IMG/VR virus record: IMGVR_UViG_3300032322_001315
Span: 26,510-90,509 of that record
DNA from: a virus
Reading direction: 5' to 3' (one strand)
Length of the DNA stretch: 64,000 bases
Shown in pieces: positions 26,518 to 36,767 of the stretch; position 1 is the first letter of the stretch, and the number at the start of each line of letters is the position of its first letter. The translations under genes were made by a program, and so were the position numbers. Under the pieces are notes generated by a model. The model was not told the DNA's origin, made no database searches, and was given only the letters and a program-made list of their open reading frames with translations.

Positions 26518-26866
26518 GATTCTCCCATTTTGTAATAAGTCTTTCAATATACCACTTTGCTTTCTTTAGGTCTTCTAAACCACCTTTTTGTTTCCATCTC
26601 CACATATACTTGATAGCATTAGCAGTACATACGGCATCAATACCTGTTAGATTAGATGTTGCCGATTCTAGTGCTTCAATACATTCTACACTACCTTGGG
26701 TATAATGTGAAGGGTGATTTACTTTTTCTTCCAGTTCTATCTTTATATCTTTCCATGATTCTAAATCACCGAGAATCAATAAATCTTCTCCACAGTATCC
26801 TTCGACACCATCCTCATTCATATGGATGGTGAATACGGGTGCACTCAACTTATCTTTCTTTGCCAT
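26501..26866 (-). CDS. DUF3310 (SaV-like / T7 gp1.7 nucleotide-kinase-related) protein
   Basis: VNHPSHYTQGSVECIEA...NAIKYMWRWKQKGGLEDLKKAKWY. Confidence 0.85.
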   Translation of the reverse strand: MAKKDKLSAPVFTIHMNEDGVEGYCGEDLLILGDLESWKDIKIELEEKVNHPSHYTQGSVECIEALESATSNLTGIDAVCTANAIKYMWRWKQKGGLEDLKKAKWYIERLITKWENHEVIY

Positions 26867-27663
26867 CACATTTCTCCAACAAAGTTTGCAACAGCAGGCA
26901 TATCACCTTGGAAATGATATGTTCCAATATGTGCGGTCTTTACCCACGGGCAGAGATAAATCTTACCACCAATGTTTCTCCACCATTGACAGAACATATA
27001 ATCTTCTGATAGATAACGTTCAGAATTTTTGTCAATTACAGTATCAAAATAAGCATGAATATAACGAGTACCATCAAAGTGTGCTTGACCTACGTGGTCT
27101 GGCTTATAACGGAATTCTGGATATGCTGCTTCCCACTTGGGAAAGACTTCACGCTTCACCATCATGAATCCTGTGCCAATTTCAAGAACTTCAAGAGGTT
27201 CTGTAACAGAAAACTGTGCGGTACCTTTAACAGGATTAAAGACGAAATCTCCTGCTACTTTTTCGAGTAGATGGGCTTCAAGTTCTGGATTCTTCGTGAT
27301 TGCTTTCTTTATGTTTGTCCATTTGAGTGCTTTCTTTGGATATGGACCACCAATAACATCCTTATCGAGAGCAAGCATCGCAATAACATCACGAGGATCA
27401 AAACTAATGTCTGAATCTAAAAACAATAGATGAGTGCAGTCAGAACGACTTAGAAACTCATCTACTAGATAATTTCTTGCTCTAGTAATAAGAGACTCAT
27501 TAAATAGGAATGAAAACTTTGTTTCAATTCCATATTGGAAACATAGACCTTGAAGGTCTAGACAAGACTTCATATAAAGTCCATGATTCATTCCTCCATA
27601 CATCGGAGTAGCAATGAATAACTTTTTCTTTCTTAGTTCTTCAACTTTAATTTGAATTTCCAT
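26866..27663 (-). CDS. GT-A fold glycosyltransferase-like protein
   Basis: IATPMYGG, ESLITRARN, LFLDSDI (DxD), GTGFMM, SEDYMFC. Confidence 0.8.
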   Translation of the reverse strand: MEIQIKVEELRKKKLFIATPMYGGMNHGLYMKSCLDLQGLCFQYGIETKFSFLFNESLITRARNYLVDEFLSRSDCTHLLFLDSDISFDPRDVIAMLALDKDVIGGPYPKKALKWTNIKKAITKNPELEAHLLEKVAGDFVFNPVKGTAQFSVTEPLEVLEIGTGFMMVKREVFPKWEAAYPEFRYKPDHVGQAHFDGTRYIHAYFDTVIDKNSERYLSEDYMFCQWWRNIGGKIYLCPWVKTAHIGTYHFQGDMPAVANFVGEM

Positions 27664-27696
27664 GGTATCCTCATGTTAAATTTAACTACAATCCAC

Positions 27697-27725
27697 ATCA
27701 TACACTTATGTAGTATATGAGTCAA
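27697..27725 (-). promoter_or_regulatory. sigma70-type promoter TTGACT-17-TATGAT
   Basis: 17-nt spacer with extended -10 TG nearby; upstream of the GT gene. Confidence 0.7.
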
Positions 27726-27743
27726 GACTTTTAGTGGTGAATA

Positions 27744-29333
27744 TTACGGTTTGTAAAAGATGAACACCGGTTCATACTTTAACCACATATCTGCACCTTT
27801 TTCATTTTTGACTTTGCAAAAATTCTTTGCTTTAGGTAGACCAGTTTCACTATCTACTCTATTACCTCCAGGCATTTGTGCTAGAGACATTTTCAGTTTG
27901 CCTTTGTATTCCATACCTAATGATTCAAGAATCTTTCTGCTATCTTCTTCAAGAGGAAGCATGTCGCCTCCGAACACAGCATCAGCAATATTCCAAAGAA
28001 GATAACGGTCATGGCGTAACCATTCAACAGCAGTTTCAAGGGTTGGGCGTAAAAATCCTTCACGCCATTCTTCATACTGTCCAAACTTTTTATATGATTG
28101 AGTAGGGTCTTCCGAATATGCTTCTTTTGCGAAGTATGGTGGGGAAGTAAATACGAGGTCGAGTTTGCCTCTAAACTTCTGAAACTCTTCATTGTTTCGG
28201 ATTACCTCCGAACCAAGTTGGAAAATCTTTGTTTCTGTATGTGAATATTCGTCTGCCCACAGACCCCCTTTGTCTACCGTCTGTCTATAAAAGTCAGCGA
28301 TTTCATCGTATTTTGTGCGTCCATCAGAAGTGTTGTGGTCAGTATTAGGATCAGTCCCAATATAAAAGATATGACGGTCATCACGAACAGACATGGCACC
28401 AAGAAGACGACCACTCCACCCCGAAGAAGGATCGTAAATATGAATAGTGGGTTGGTTTTTAATGTGTTCAGTAAATCGTTCATAGAGGTATTTAGCAGTT
28501 AGTGGAGGAAAATTTACAGCATATTGACAAAACGAAACTCTGAATGCCTTTAGACCAACAGGAAAAAGTTTTTGTCCAAACTTAAAAGGACGAATAGCAT
28601 AATATTCTGACTTATTATAGTCAACATTTGTACGACTCTTTTGTGATACGTTAAGTGCTTCAATGTCACTTTTATGAATCGTTAAATATTTTGCATTTCT
28701 TAGTTCTTCACTATATCCGGTATATTCAGCATCTAGTTCTTTTGGTTGCAACCAATAATCATATTCTCCACGTTGTCTAAACTTTTCTTCAAACTCTTTT
28801 ACCCACGTTGCTCCATCTGATACAACGGGAAGTTGGTTGTAGTATGTTTTGTCGTTTGCTTTGGCAACGTGTGAGTAGTGATAAAAAGAATCACGCTTAA
28901 AATGACGACTAGCGTAAGTGATGAATGTTTCAAGTAATTCTTCCTTTGCAAAATAATCATAGATAGACTTACCATCATCTTTCTTTGTGTAATTGATGCG
29001 AGTCTTCATCATAGTAGGAAACCATTGATTGACTGCATTACCAATTACACTAGTATTACGAATAACATCTTTTTCTCCTGTGAGTTCATCTACACACTCA
29101 AACTCATGAACAGGAAAACTTTCCATTTGATTAAATTGGTCAATAATGCCTTGCTTATCAAAACCTACACGAGGAGGAAGATTCTTGTTGTCCCAAAGGT
29201 CAACAATAGTCTTCCTCAAATCAATTACCCATTGACGAAATTCGTCTTTCGTCATCCATAGAATCTCTTCAAATGTCTTATTGACAGAAGATTCTAGTAA
29301 CTCACGATTTCTTTCATAATACCATTGTGTCAT
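27744..29333 (-). CDS. large amino DNA methyltransferase-like protein
   Basis: YDPSSGWSGRL, GTDPN, FTSPPYFAKEAY, EP.F C-terminus; paralogous motifs to 10125-11393. Confidence 0.8.
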   Translation of the reverse strand: MTQWYYERNRELLESSVNKTFEEILWMTKDEFRQWVIDLRKTIVDLWDNKNLPPRVGFDKQGIIDQFNQMESFPVHEFECVDELTGEKDVIRNTSVIGNAVNQWFPTMMKTRINYTKKDDGKSIYDYFAKEELLETFITYASRHFKRDSFYHYSHVAKANDKTYYNQLPVVSDGATWVKEFEEKFRQRGEYDYWLQPKELDAEYTGYSEELRNAKYLTIHKSDIEALNVSQKSRTNVDYNKSEYYAIRPFKFGQKLFPVGLKAFRVSFCQYAVNFPPLTAKYLYERFTEHIKNQPTIHIYDPSSGWSGRLLGAMSVRDDRHIFYIGTDPNTDHNTSDGRTKYDEIADFYRQTVDKGGLWADEYSHTETKIFQLGSEVIRNNEEFQKFRGKLDLVFTSPPYFAKEAYSEDPTQSYKKFGQYEEWREGFLRPTLETAVEWLRHDRYLLWNIADAVFGGDMLPLEEDSRKILESLGMEYKGKLKMSLAQMPGGNRVDSETGLPKAKNFCKVKNEKGADMWLKYEPVFIFYKP

Positions 29334-30472
29334 GATAAAATATACTCTCTCAAGTTTTCATTTGTAATAACATCAATAACGAGATGAATTCTTTTTTCAT
29401 CACCATTGTTTACTACCATGTGAGGTTTGCGTGTGTCTAAAAACCAACACTCACCAACTTTCATGTTTACTTCTTTTCTGTTTCCGTTTGGTTCCCATAC
29501 CACAAATTCAACTTTGTCGTTGGTAACAATAGGAAAGTGCAGGCGAGCAAGTTTACCGATAGAACCGCCTGAATCAGGGTCGACCTGGTCGGTGTGTCTA
29601 CTGAGTTCACCACCACCAGGAGCAAGAGACATAAAGCGGATCCGATGTATGCCTTGTAATTCAAACCGTCTGATGAGTTCATCGACTTCTGGAAAATCTT
29701 TTCGAAGATGCGTATCCTGCAATTCAAAATGTTCATCTTTGTGCTCCTCTTTCCATTTATCATTCATCTCAATTGGTTTTTCAATCCTCATTATATCTGG
29801 AGTATAACCTCTCAATGAGATTGCTGACCAAGACTTACCTTTGTTGTAATTGCTGTAATGATTTTGAAATTCAATGTTTAGTGATTCCAATTTAGTTTTA
29901 ATAGAGTTTATAAGATTAGAATCTACATCACAGATTTTTGTGATTGCAACATTATGTGTTGCATCAATATTCGTGTGTTCTCGGGGAAACAACGCATTCT
30001 TTTCATCTTTAAAGTATACACCAAAAATTTCACCAAAAGAGGTAATCTTGCTACCTACTTTGATAAAGTGTTTTTCGATGATACTTTTTGTTGCAACATC
30101 TTCTTCCCAAATAAACAACCATACTGCATTCTTTTGATTGATGTGGATGTTCTCACAAAAATTTTCAATGAACTTATCTGTTCCTCTGAGATTTGTGATA
30201 ACAATATCGCCTTTTTCTTTTGTGCCTATTACCACATCTTGATACATTGTAATAGGTTTTCTGACTTTTGTCAAGCGATATGTGTAAGAACCTTCGTTCT
30301 CAAAAACAATCTTGCCTTCGTGTAAGTCTTGTGCTATGTTGTTTTTCTTGTATGCAGTAAACGGAGATAGACTGTACTTATTATAATTTTCGTAAAGTTT
30401 TTCTATCGATTTCAGATAATCAAGTTCGTACCCGTGTTGCCATGGCTTTTGTTGCTTTTCTAAATCTTGCAT
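29330..30472 (-). CDS. two-domain protein: GNAT-like N-terminus plus AspH-like 2OG-Fe(II) dioxygenase
   Basis: C-terminal RIRFMSLAPGG..RHTD...RLHFPI...DTRKPH.VVNNG..RIHLVID (HxD...H); the N-terminal fold is inferred only. Confidence 0.7.
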   Translation of the reverse strand: MQDLEKQQKPWQHGYELDYLKSIEKLYENYNKYSLSPFTAYKKNNIAQDLHEGKIVFENEGSYTYRLTKVRKPITMYQDVVIGTKEKGDIVITNLRGTDKFIENFCENIHINQKNAVWLFIWEEDVATKSIIEKHFIKVGSKITSFGEIFGVYFKDEKNALFPREHTNIDATHNVAITKICDVDSNLINSIKTKLESLNIEFQNHYSNYNKGKSWSAISLRGYTPDIMRIEKPIEMNDKWKEEHKDEHFELQDTHLRKDFPEVDELIRRFELQGIHRIRFMSLAPGGGELSRHTDQVDPDSGGSIGKLARLHFPIVTNDKVEFVVWEPNGNRKEVNMKVGECWFLDTRKPHMVVNNGDEKRIHLVIDVITNENLREYILS

Positions 30473-31028
30473 AGAGTTTGTTCCTTTTCTTCAATCCAGA
30501 TTGTAGTGCTAGAGGTTTTGCTTTTTTCGTAAACACAATACCATTCATATGGTCGTATTCATGAAGAAATACTCTAGCAGACAGTCCAGAAAATGTTACG
30601 GTCTTCTTCTCGCCGGTGAAATCTTGATATTCAACGACAATACTTTCTGGTCTGGATATATTTAGGAACAATTGTGGAAAAGACAGACACCCTTCTGACA
30701 TATGTACCATTGTCATAGATTCATCAATAATCTTGGGATTGAAGAATGCAACATACTCTCCTTCTGGGTCTCCCATGACGAACACTCGATATTTAAATCC
30801 GCATTGATTTGCAGATAGACCCAATCCTCTATGTTGCTTACAAGTTTCTACTAGAGCAGATGCAAATTCATTTGGATTATAAGGAGGATTTTCAAAATTA
30901 AAATCTTCCAACTTTTGAGTAAGCACAGGATCATTTTCTTGAACTAACTTAAAAGTTGTAATCTTTTGAGTTTCAATTCTTCCTTTTACCGCATCAGCTG
31001 TATCAAAAACAAAAAAATCATTACTCAT
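30420..31028 (-). CDS. def: peptide deformylase
   Basis: GLGLSANQCG, EGCLS, HEYDH. Confidence 0.95.
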   Translation of the reverse strand: MSNDFFVFDTADAVKGRIETQKITTFKLVQENDPVLTQKLEDFNFENPPYNPNEFASALVETCKQHRGLGLSANQCGFKYRVFVMGDPEGEYVAFFNPKIIDESMTMVHMSEGCLSFPQLFLNISRPESIVVEYQDFTGEKKTVTFSGLSARVFLHEYDHMNGIVFTKKAKPLALQSGLKKRNKLYARFRKATKAMATRVRT

Positions 31029-32740
31029 TATGCTATCCTACTAAAGTTGTTTTTCTTTTCAAATCGAACGACCGAGCGGAACTTATCGAACAACTGGTCT
31101 CCTTTATGACTGATAACAAATACGTTTGTATCGTTTCCAATATCATACATCAACTTCAAAAATTCTTCTGTGCCTCCAACATCAAGACTGCTATCAAACA
31201 CTTCATCAAGAACCAAAAGATTTGTGTTTGTGCTATTCTTTAATTTTGCAATTTGTCTCCAAGTAAACAGAATAGCAAGGTCAATACGCATCTTCTCGCC
31301 TTCAGAGAAGTTGTTATAACTGAAATCGTCTCTATGTCTAGATTTGATTGTTTCTTCAAAACTCTCATTCAAGTTAAAGTTAATAAATGAGTCCATTGAG
31401 GTCAAATATTTATTAATCAACTTATTAATAATCGGCAAATATTGCTTGATTATTTTAGTCTTGATACCTGTATCTTTTAATAGATTGGACGCAAAATCGC
31501 AATACTGTTTCTCTGTTGAAAGTTCTTTTTGTTTTTCTTTAAGTGTTTCTAACTGTTGATTCAACTCTTTCAATTGTTCATCTTCATTAACTGAACTGAT
31601 TTTCTTCAGAGATAGAATTCTGATATCTTCATTCAGTTTTGTAATATACTTATTGATTGCAAGAATAGAAGAATTGTGCTTTACGATTTCAGAATTGTGT
31701 GAGTTTATGTCCTGAGTTATTTTTACGATTTCTTTTATGCGGGCATCGACTTTCTGAATTTCACTTTGAATTTGTTCAAGTCCAGTCTTTTGTTCATTTG
31801 CCTTATCTTGTCTTTCTTTAATTTGACTTGCTTTAAATTCTTCTTCAATATTTTGTCTGCAAGTAGGACAGTTATCATTTTCATGATAGAACTCAATGTC
31901 CTTCTCAATCTTCGAAATATTGTTTTCAATCTTGGATTCTAATTGAATCAGTTTTTTATTCTTCAATTCAGTCGATGTTTTATCATCTATGCTTTTCATC
32001 ATAGCATCAATGTGCTTCTGAATCAATTCAATTTCAGATTGAAGTTTTGTTACATGCTCTTCATTTTCTTTGAGTTCTTTTTGTTTTTCTACAATTTCTT
32101 CTTCTTTGTTCTTTTCACCTTCTTCAAGATGCTGAAGTTTCATCTTGATTTTTGCTTCAGTCAAGTCTAGGTCATATTTTAGTTGTGCTGAAGAATCTTT
32201 TAGTTCTACCATCTTTTGCTTCAGCAGAGTATTCATTGAAGAGAAGATTTGAATATCGAGAAGGTCTTCAATGATTGCTCTGCGGTCAGCAGCAGAAAGT
32301 TGCATGAACGGAGTAAATGACGCAGACCCCAGAATAACAATCTGGGTGAACGACTTATAGTTCAACTTCAAAATACTCTTCTCTAGAACCTCTTGATAGT
32401 CTCTAGATGCTGCATCTTGATTGAGAAGTTTGCCGTCAATATGAATTTCAAAAACGCTAGGTTTGATACCACGAACGACTTTGTAATTCTTGTTGCCTAT
32501 CGTGAATTCAATCTCAACAACGCAATCTCTTTCATTGATGGAGTTCAGCAGTTGTGGTTTATTGATTTTACGATAAGGCTTACCAAAAAGACCAAACGTT
32601 AATGCATCAAGAATGGTCGACTTACCCGAACCATTATTGCCGATGATTAATGTGTTTGGTGAACGAGTTAAATCTATTTCAGTAAAAACATTGCCGGTAC
32701 TGAGCAGATTCTTCCATCTTACTTTTTCAAAAATAATCAT
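31028..32740 (-). CDS. 46: recombination endonuclease ATPase subunit gp46
   Basis: GNNGSGKS, CPTC hook, FSEGEK, LDEVFD. Confidence 0.97.
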   Translation of the reverse strand: MIIFEKVRWKNLLSTGNVFTEIDLTRSPNTLIIGNNGSGKSTILDALTFGLFGKPYRKINKPQLLNSINERDCVVEIEFTIGNKNYKVVRGIKPSVFEIHIDGKLLNQDAASRDYQEVLEKSILKLNYKSFTQIVILGSASFTPFMQLSAADRRAIIEDLLDIQIFSSMNTLLKQKMVELKDSSAQLKYDLDLTEAKIKMKLQHLEEGEKNKEEEIVEKQKELKENEEHVTKLQSEIELIQKHIDAMMKSIDDKTSTELKNKKLIQLESKIENNISKIEKDIEFYHENDNCPTCRQNIEEEFKASQIKERQDKANEQKTGLEQIQSEIQKVDARIKEIVKITQDINSHNSEIVKHNSSILAINKYITKLNEDIRILSLKKISSVNEDEQLKELNQQLETLKEKQKELSTEKQYCDFASNLLKDTGIKTKIIKQYLPIINKLINKYLTSMDSFINFNLNESFEETIKSRHRDDFSYNNFSEGEKMRIDLAILFTWRQIAKLKNSTNTNLLVLDEVFDSSLDVGGTEEFLKLMYDIGNDTNVFVISHKGDQLFDKFRSVVRFEKKNNFSRIA

Positions 32741-33819
32741 GCTTGTTCTAAGTTAAGTGCTTCAATATAAAGTTCTTTGAGAACGGTCTTGAGTTTGTTT
32801 CCGTCGATGTGTTCATGTTCAATCGAATCAACATATGTGTTTAGAATAGTCAAAGTGTCTTCTGCCTGTTCTACTATATCATCATCTACGCCTTCTGTCA
32901 AGGCAGAAAAGTCTTCAACAATGCTAACGTCTGACGGGCCTGCCTGGTAGATATTGTTGATAAACACATCAAACAAATAAGGATTTGTCTTGTTAACAAC
33001 CACAACCTTTATGTACTTGTTTGCATAATCATAGAATTCTTGAGTTGCGATTGTAGTAATATCATTCTTTTTATCATCGTACACAAGACGAACAAACATT
33101 TCGTAAGGATTAATCACAAACTCAAGTTCTCTAGTTTTCAAATCAAGAATATGAAATCCTCTTTGGTCGCCATAGTCTTGCCATGTCAATGGATATGGAT
33201 TGCCAAGATAATAGATTCCATTTTGATTTGACTTGTGATGATAGTGACCAGAGAACGTCATGTCGAATTTCTGAAAAATATTCTGAGGTAGTCCTTCTTC
33301 AGAATGAGCACCTCGATACATCGCAAAACCTTCAATCTCAAAGTGACCGCAGCAGATAGTTGCCTTAGTGTGCTTCATTATATCAAGACATTGACTGTAG
33401 TTATCTGCACACATCCAAGGAATCATGCAAACGTCATCTGATTCATTTTCATAGTTCAAATGTATAACTTGAGGAGAATCAATAACATTGACATTATCGT
33501 ATTCTCTTAGAAGCAAATCGGCAGAGTTTACATCATTTGTGTTTTTATAATATGTGTCATGATTACCTGCAAGCATATGAACTTGAATATTCTCTTGTGC
33601 AAGAACATCAAAAAACATTTGCTTTGCACGTTGCAGCGAATAAAAATTAATATACTTTCTGCGGTCAAATGTATCACCAAGAATCAATAACGTGGTGATA
33701 CCTTCTTCCTTCAACTTTGGAAAAAACACATTACGATAAAACTTTTCATAATAGTCTAGAAAATTTACAGAATCATTTCTAGCACCAAAATGTTGGTCGG
33801 TAATTAATGCAACTTTCAC
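32737..33819 (-). CDS. 47: recombination endonuclease subunit gp47
   Basis: TDQHFG, GDTFDRRK, GNHD, SGHYH. Confidence 0.97.
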   Translation of the reverse strand: MKVALITDQHFGARNDSVNFLDYYEKFYRNVFFPKLKEEGITTLLILGDTFDRRKYINFYSLQRAKQMFFDVLAQENIQVHMLAGNHDTYYKNTNDVNSADLLLREYDNVNVIDSPQVIHLNYENESDDVCMIPWMCADNYSQCLDIMKHTKATICCGHFEIEGFAMYRGAHSEEGLPQNIFQKFDMTFSGHYHHKSNQNGIYYLGNPYPLTWQDYGDQRGFHILDLKTRELEFVINPYEMFVRLVYDDKKNDITTIATQEFYDYANKYIKVVVVNKTNPYLFDVFINNIYQAGPSDVSIVEDFSALTEGVDDDIVEQAEDTLTILNTYVDSIEHEHIDGNKLKTVLKELYIEALNLEQA

Positions 33820-34256
33820 TTTTTTCCTTTTTCGAGTTTAGAAACTTCTGCATCATAAACTCTTTTTCTTAGATTCGAACTGCTATATGGATGTTCTCTT
33901 TCGTGATAGAACAATTCTATGCCGTGGTCCAAACACCATTGCTTTGCCGTACAATCTTTGGTCTTGTATTCATCACCAAGAAAACGAATATCAATGTGCT
34001 GAGTCTTAAAGATATTGAGTAAATCATCTTCTGTAGCATATACAAGAACCTCATCAACATATCTACAAGCAGAAACTTGTGCATACCGTTCATAGATAGA
34101 TTGAACAGGTTTATTTTTTGTTTCTGGTCTATCAATAGTAGGATCGACTTGAATAGCAACAATCAAGTAATCGCATAGTCTTTTTTCTTCTTTCAACATT
34201 GTTACATGACCAGCATGAAACAAATCAAACGTGCTACAATTGAACCCTATCTTCAT
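33816..34256 (-). CDS. TagD-like (glycerol-3-phosphate) cytidylyltransferase
   Basis: FDLFHAGH, YVDEV, RFLGDEY, SSS. Confidence 0.88.
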   Translation of the reverse strand: MKIGFNCSTFDLFHAGHVTMLKEEKRLCDYLIVAIQVDPTIDRPETKNKPVQSIYERYAQVSACRYVDEVLVYATEDDLLNIFKTQHIDIRFLGDEYKTKDCTAKQWCLDHGIELFYHEREHPYSSSNLRKRVYDAEVSKLEKGKK

Positions 34257-34262
34257 AGTATA

Positions 34263-34796
34263 TCACTCCTCAACAAAATTTTCAATACCTTTTGGTTTGT
34301 TTGCCTTTTTCTTTTTTCGTCTGGATTCTTCGTAGTTGTGAATGAACTCAGATATATTGTCATAAAGTTCAAATTGTCTTGACGTACCATCATCAAATTC
34401 TAACATTTCAAATTCGTCCATAATACCTATATGTTCGGTAGACTTATATTTGACATATAGTTGTTTCTTTTCTTTATCAATTCTTCTGAGAAATGCATAG
34501 TGAATGATTTGAGTAAAGTATGCGAAAGGATTACTTGATTTTGCTGGATCAAAATTTTCAAAATACATCAGACAGTTTTCTATACCGTCAGATACCATTT
34601 CTTCACGATAGGTATAATTGATAAAGTTTGGTCGATGGGAGTATCCTTCGGCAATCTTTAGAAAACATTCACCCACATAGTTGGGTATTGGTGGTTTTGG
34701 TTTTCCTTCAGTCTTTGCTTGTTTGCATTTCTCCTTGTAATCTACCAATACTTTGAGAAAATCTTTGTTGTTTACATAGTGTGTGTTCTTTGCCAT
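34263..34796 (-). CDS. 55: late transcription sigma factor gp55
   Basis: HYVNNKDF, RPNFINYTYREEMVSDGIENC, NPFAYFTQI. Confidence 0.97.
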   Translation of the reverse strand: MAKNTHYVNNKDFLKVLVDYKEKCKQAKTEGKPKPPIPNYVGECFLKIAEGYSHRPNFINYTYREEMVSDGIENCLMYFENFDPAKSSNPFAYFTQIIHYAFLRRIDKEKKQLYVKYKSTEHIGIMDEFEMLEFDDGTSRQFELYDNISEFIHNYEESRRKKKKANKPKGIENFVEE

Positions 34797-34815
34797 AATA
34801 TTTCACGGATTCCTC

Positions 34816-34844
34816 TTGACAAGTGCTTGACAACAACATACAAT
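34816..34844 (+). promoter_or_regulatory. antisense-oriented sigma70-type promoter TTGACA-17-TACAAT
   Basis: Perfect -35, 17-nt spacer containing a second TTGACA, -10 TACAAT; no plus-strand gene downstream. Confidence 0.65.
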
Positions 34845-34885
34845 GAGTATGTCCTGTTTGATGCTGATAAAAGGATTAGCTAATA

Positions 34886-35269
34886 CTAATGTAGATTCTT
34901 TTGTTCAGGATTTAACTGAAAGAGCTTCCACATATTAACTAACTCTTCTTCATTCATTTTACTAATTTGTTCTTTTGTTTCTTCTCTGTCAGAGAGCAGT
35001 TGCAGTTGACTTTCATAAAATTCAAAGAAGTCTTCACTTGGTATCATCTCAAAGAGAATCTCATTTCTATCAATTGTAATTTCATTTACTGCAAGTATAG
35101 GAATAGGTAACCAATGAAACATACTAACATAATCTTTCTTGTCATTTTTTTCTGTTGAGATTTCAACTACCATTGGTTCTTTTATTTTTAGAGTAAAGCC
35201 ATCTTCGTCTATAACGTTAGCGATAATGTCTTCTCCGTTTTTTAATCTGAACATTTTGATGTTATGCAT
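34886..35269 (-). CDS. Sm-like conserved protein between uvsW and 55
   Basis: IKMFRLKNGEDIIA motif; conserved T4-like synteny. Confidence 0.7.
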   Translation of the reverse strand: MHNIKMFRLKNGEDIIANVIDEDGFTLKIKEPMVVEISTEKNDKKDYVSMFHWLPIPILAVNEITIDRNEILFEMIPSEDFFEFYESQLQLLSDREETKEQISKMNEEELVNMWKLFQLNPEQKNLH

Positions 35270-36764
35270 TTTTTAATCCTATCTTATAGAGTTTATAAGG
35301 AAAATGTTCTTCATTATATATCTTGACACGTTCAACGAAATGTTTTAGAGTATAGTTCATGTGTTTGCCTACTCTTAAATCATCTGCAATGTCATACAAT
35401 GTTGCTATTTCTTTTCCTTCTGATTGTCTGAGTCCTCTTCCAATACTTTGAAGGTTTCTAACTCTGCTTTTAGATGGTGAAGCAAATATAATGTTATGAA
35501 GATTTCTTATATTGATGCCTGTGCTAAATGTACCAAATGAAGCAACAACAATAGCATCTTTTTCTTTCTCCATAATTTTTCTTATATTTTCTCTATCCGC
35601 TGTCTCTGTATTACCATAAACAAAAAATACTTTACGACCATTTAAATTTTTTGAATTTAATAATAAATCATACAGGATTTTGCCATGCTTGTCAACATAT
35701 TGGAAAAGAATTAAGGTATTCCTACCGAGAGACAATGCTAGGTTTTTTATAAATTTGTTTCTGGAGTCACTCCCAACAAGGTAATCGATTTCTTCCTGAT
35801 ATGTTTTCTGTTTCATTTCCTTACAAATTTCTTCGTCATGTTTCAATACTAAACATTTGATGCGAAATTCTGCAAGTTGCTTGTTCTCGATTAACTCCTT
35901 TGTTGTTATTAGTTTTTCTGCTGGTCCGAATAATCCTTCAAGTACAAGTTTGTGAGTTTTTGTACCATCCAATGTTCCTGTAAGTCCAATACGATACTTA
36001 GTGTTGGTACACGCAGTCATTATTGTAGTAAGGGATTGTGCTTTGAAGAGGTGTGCTTCATCTCCTATGATGTAATCAAACTGCTGAAAATATTCTTTAG
36101 GGAGTTGATAGAGAGACTGCCACGTGGAAATAATTAACTTCTTACTTGAGTATTTATCTTTTCCTTGATATACTTTGTGTATATTGTCTTCAACGCTGAA
36201 GCCATTCGCAGACGAATAATCTGCGAAATCGGAATATAGTTGCTCAACAAGAGAAGTAGTTGGAACAATTATTAGCCCTTTATAGTTCTTGTAATCTATC
36301 ATTTGACGTATAATTAGATATATCATCAATGATTTACCGGATGCTGTAGGGGATAATAACAATGCTCTTTTGTGCCTCATAGTATGCACAAATGCATTTA
36401 ACTGATAGTCACGAACTTCTATCGGTTGTCCTCGTCCATGAATATTTAGTTCGTCAGTAAATTTTTTTGCTAGAACTAGAGAATAATCTTCAGTTAAGTC
36501 TGGTCTTGGGTCATCGTATTGTATTGTATAACTTCTTTCTTCTGCAAACGATTCGATGTAAGACAGTAATCCAAGATACAAAGTATTAGTTCTTAAATCG
36601 AATAGACGTATCTTTCCATCCCAGATGCGATTGCGAAATGCTGGTGTGAATTGATATCCGGGTACAAAGAATGTGAAATACTCTGAAAGTTCTTTTGCTA
36701 AGTGTCTTTCACATTCTACTGTAACATATACCTCATTTAGTTTGCGTATTGTTAAATCATGCAT
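35262..36764 (-). CDS. uvsW: SF2 helicase UvsW
   Basis: WDGKIRLF, SPTASGKS, DEAH, TGT, QSIGRGLR. Confidence 0.97.
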   Translation of the reverse strand: MHDLTIRKLNEVYVTVECERHLAKELSEYFTFFVPGYQFTPAFRNRIWDGKIRLFDLRTNTLYLGLLSYIESFAEERSYTIQYDDPRPDLTEDYSLVLAKKFTDELNIHGRGQPIEVRDYQLNAFVHTMRHKRALLLSPTASGKSLMIYLIIRQMIDYKNYKGLIIVPTTSLVEQLYSDFADYSSANGFSVEDNIHKVYQGKDKYSSKKLIISTWQSLYQLPKEYFQQFDYIIGDEAHLFKAQSLTTIMTACTNTKYRIGLTGTLDGTKTHKLVLEGLFGPAEKLITTKELIENKQLAEFRIKCLVLKHDEEICKEMKQKTYQEEIDYLVGSDSRNKFIKNLALSLGRNTLILFQYVDKHGKILYDLLLNSKNLNGRKVFFVYGNTETADRENIRKIMEKEKDAIVVASFGTFSTGINIRNLHNIIFASPSKSRVRNLQSIGRGLRQSEGKEIATLYDIADDLRVGKHMNYTLKHFVERVKIYNEEHFPYKLYKIGLKNA

Positions 36765-36767
36765 TAA

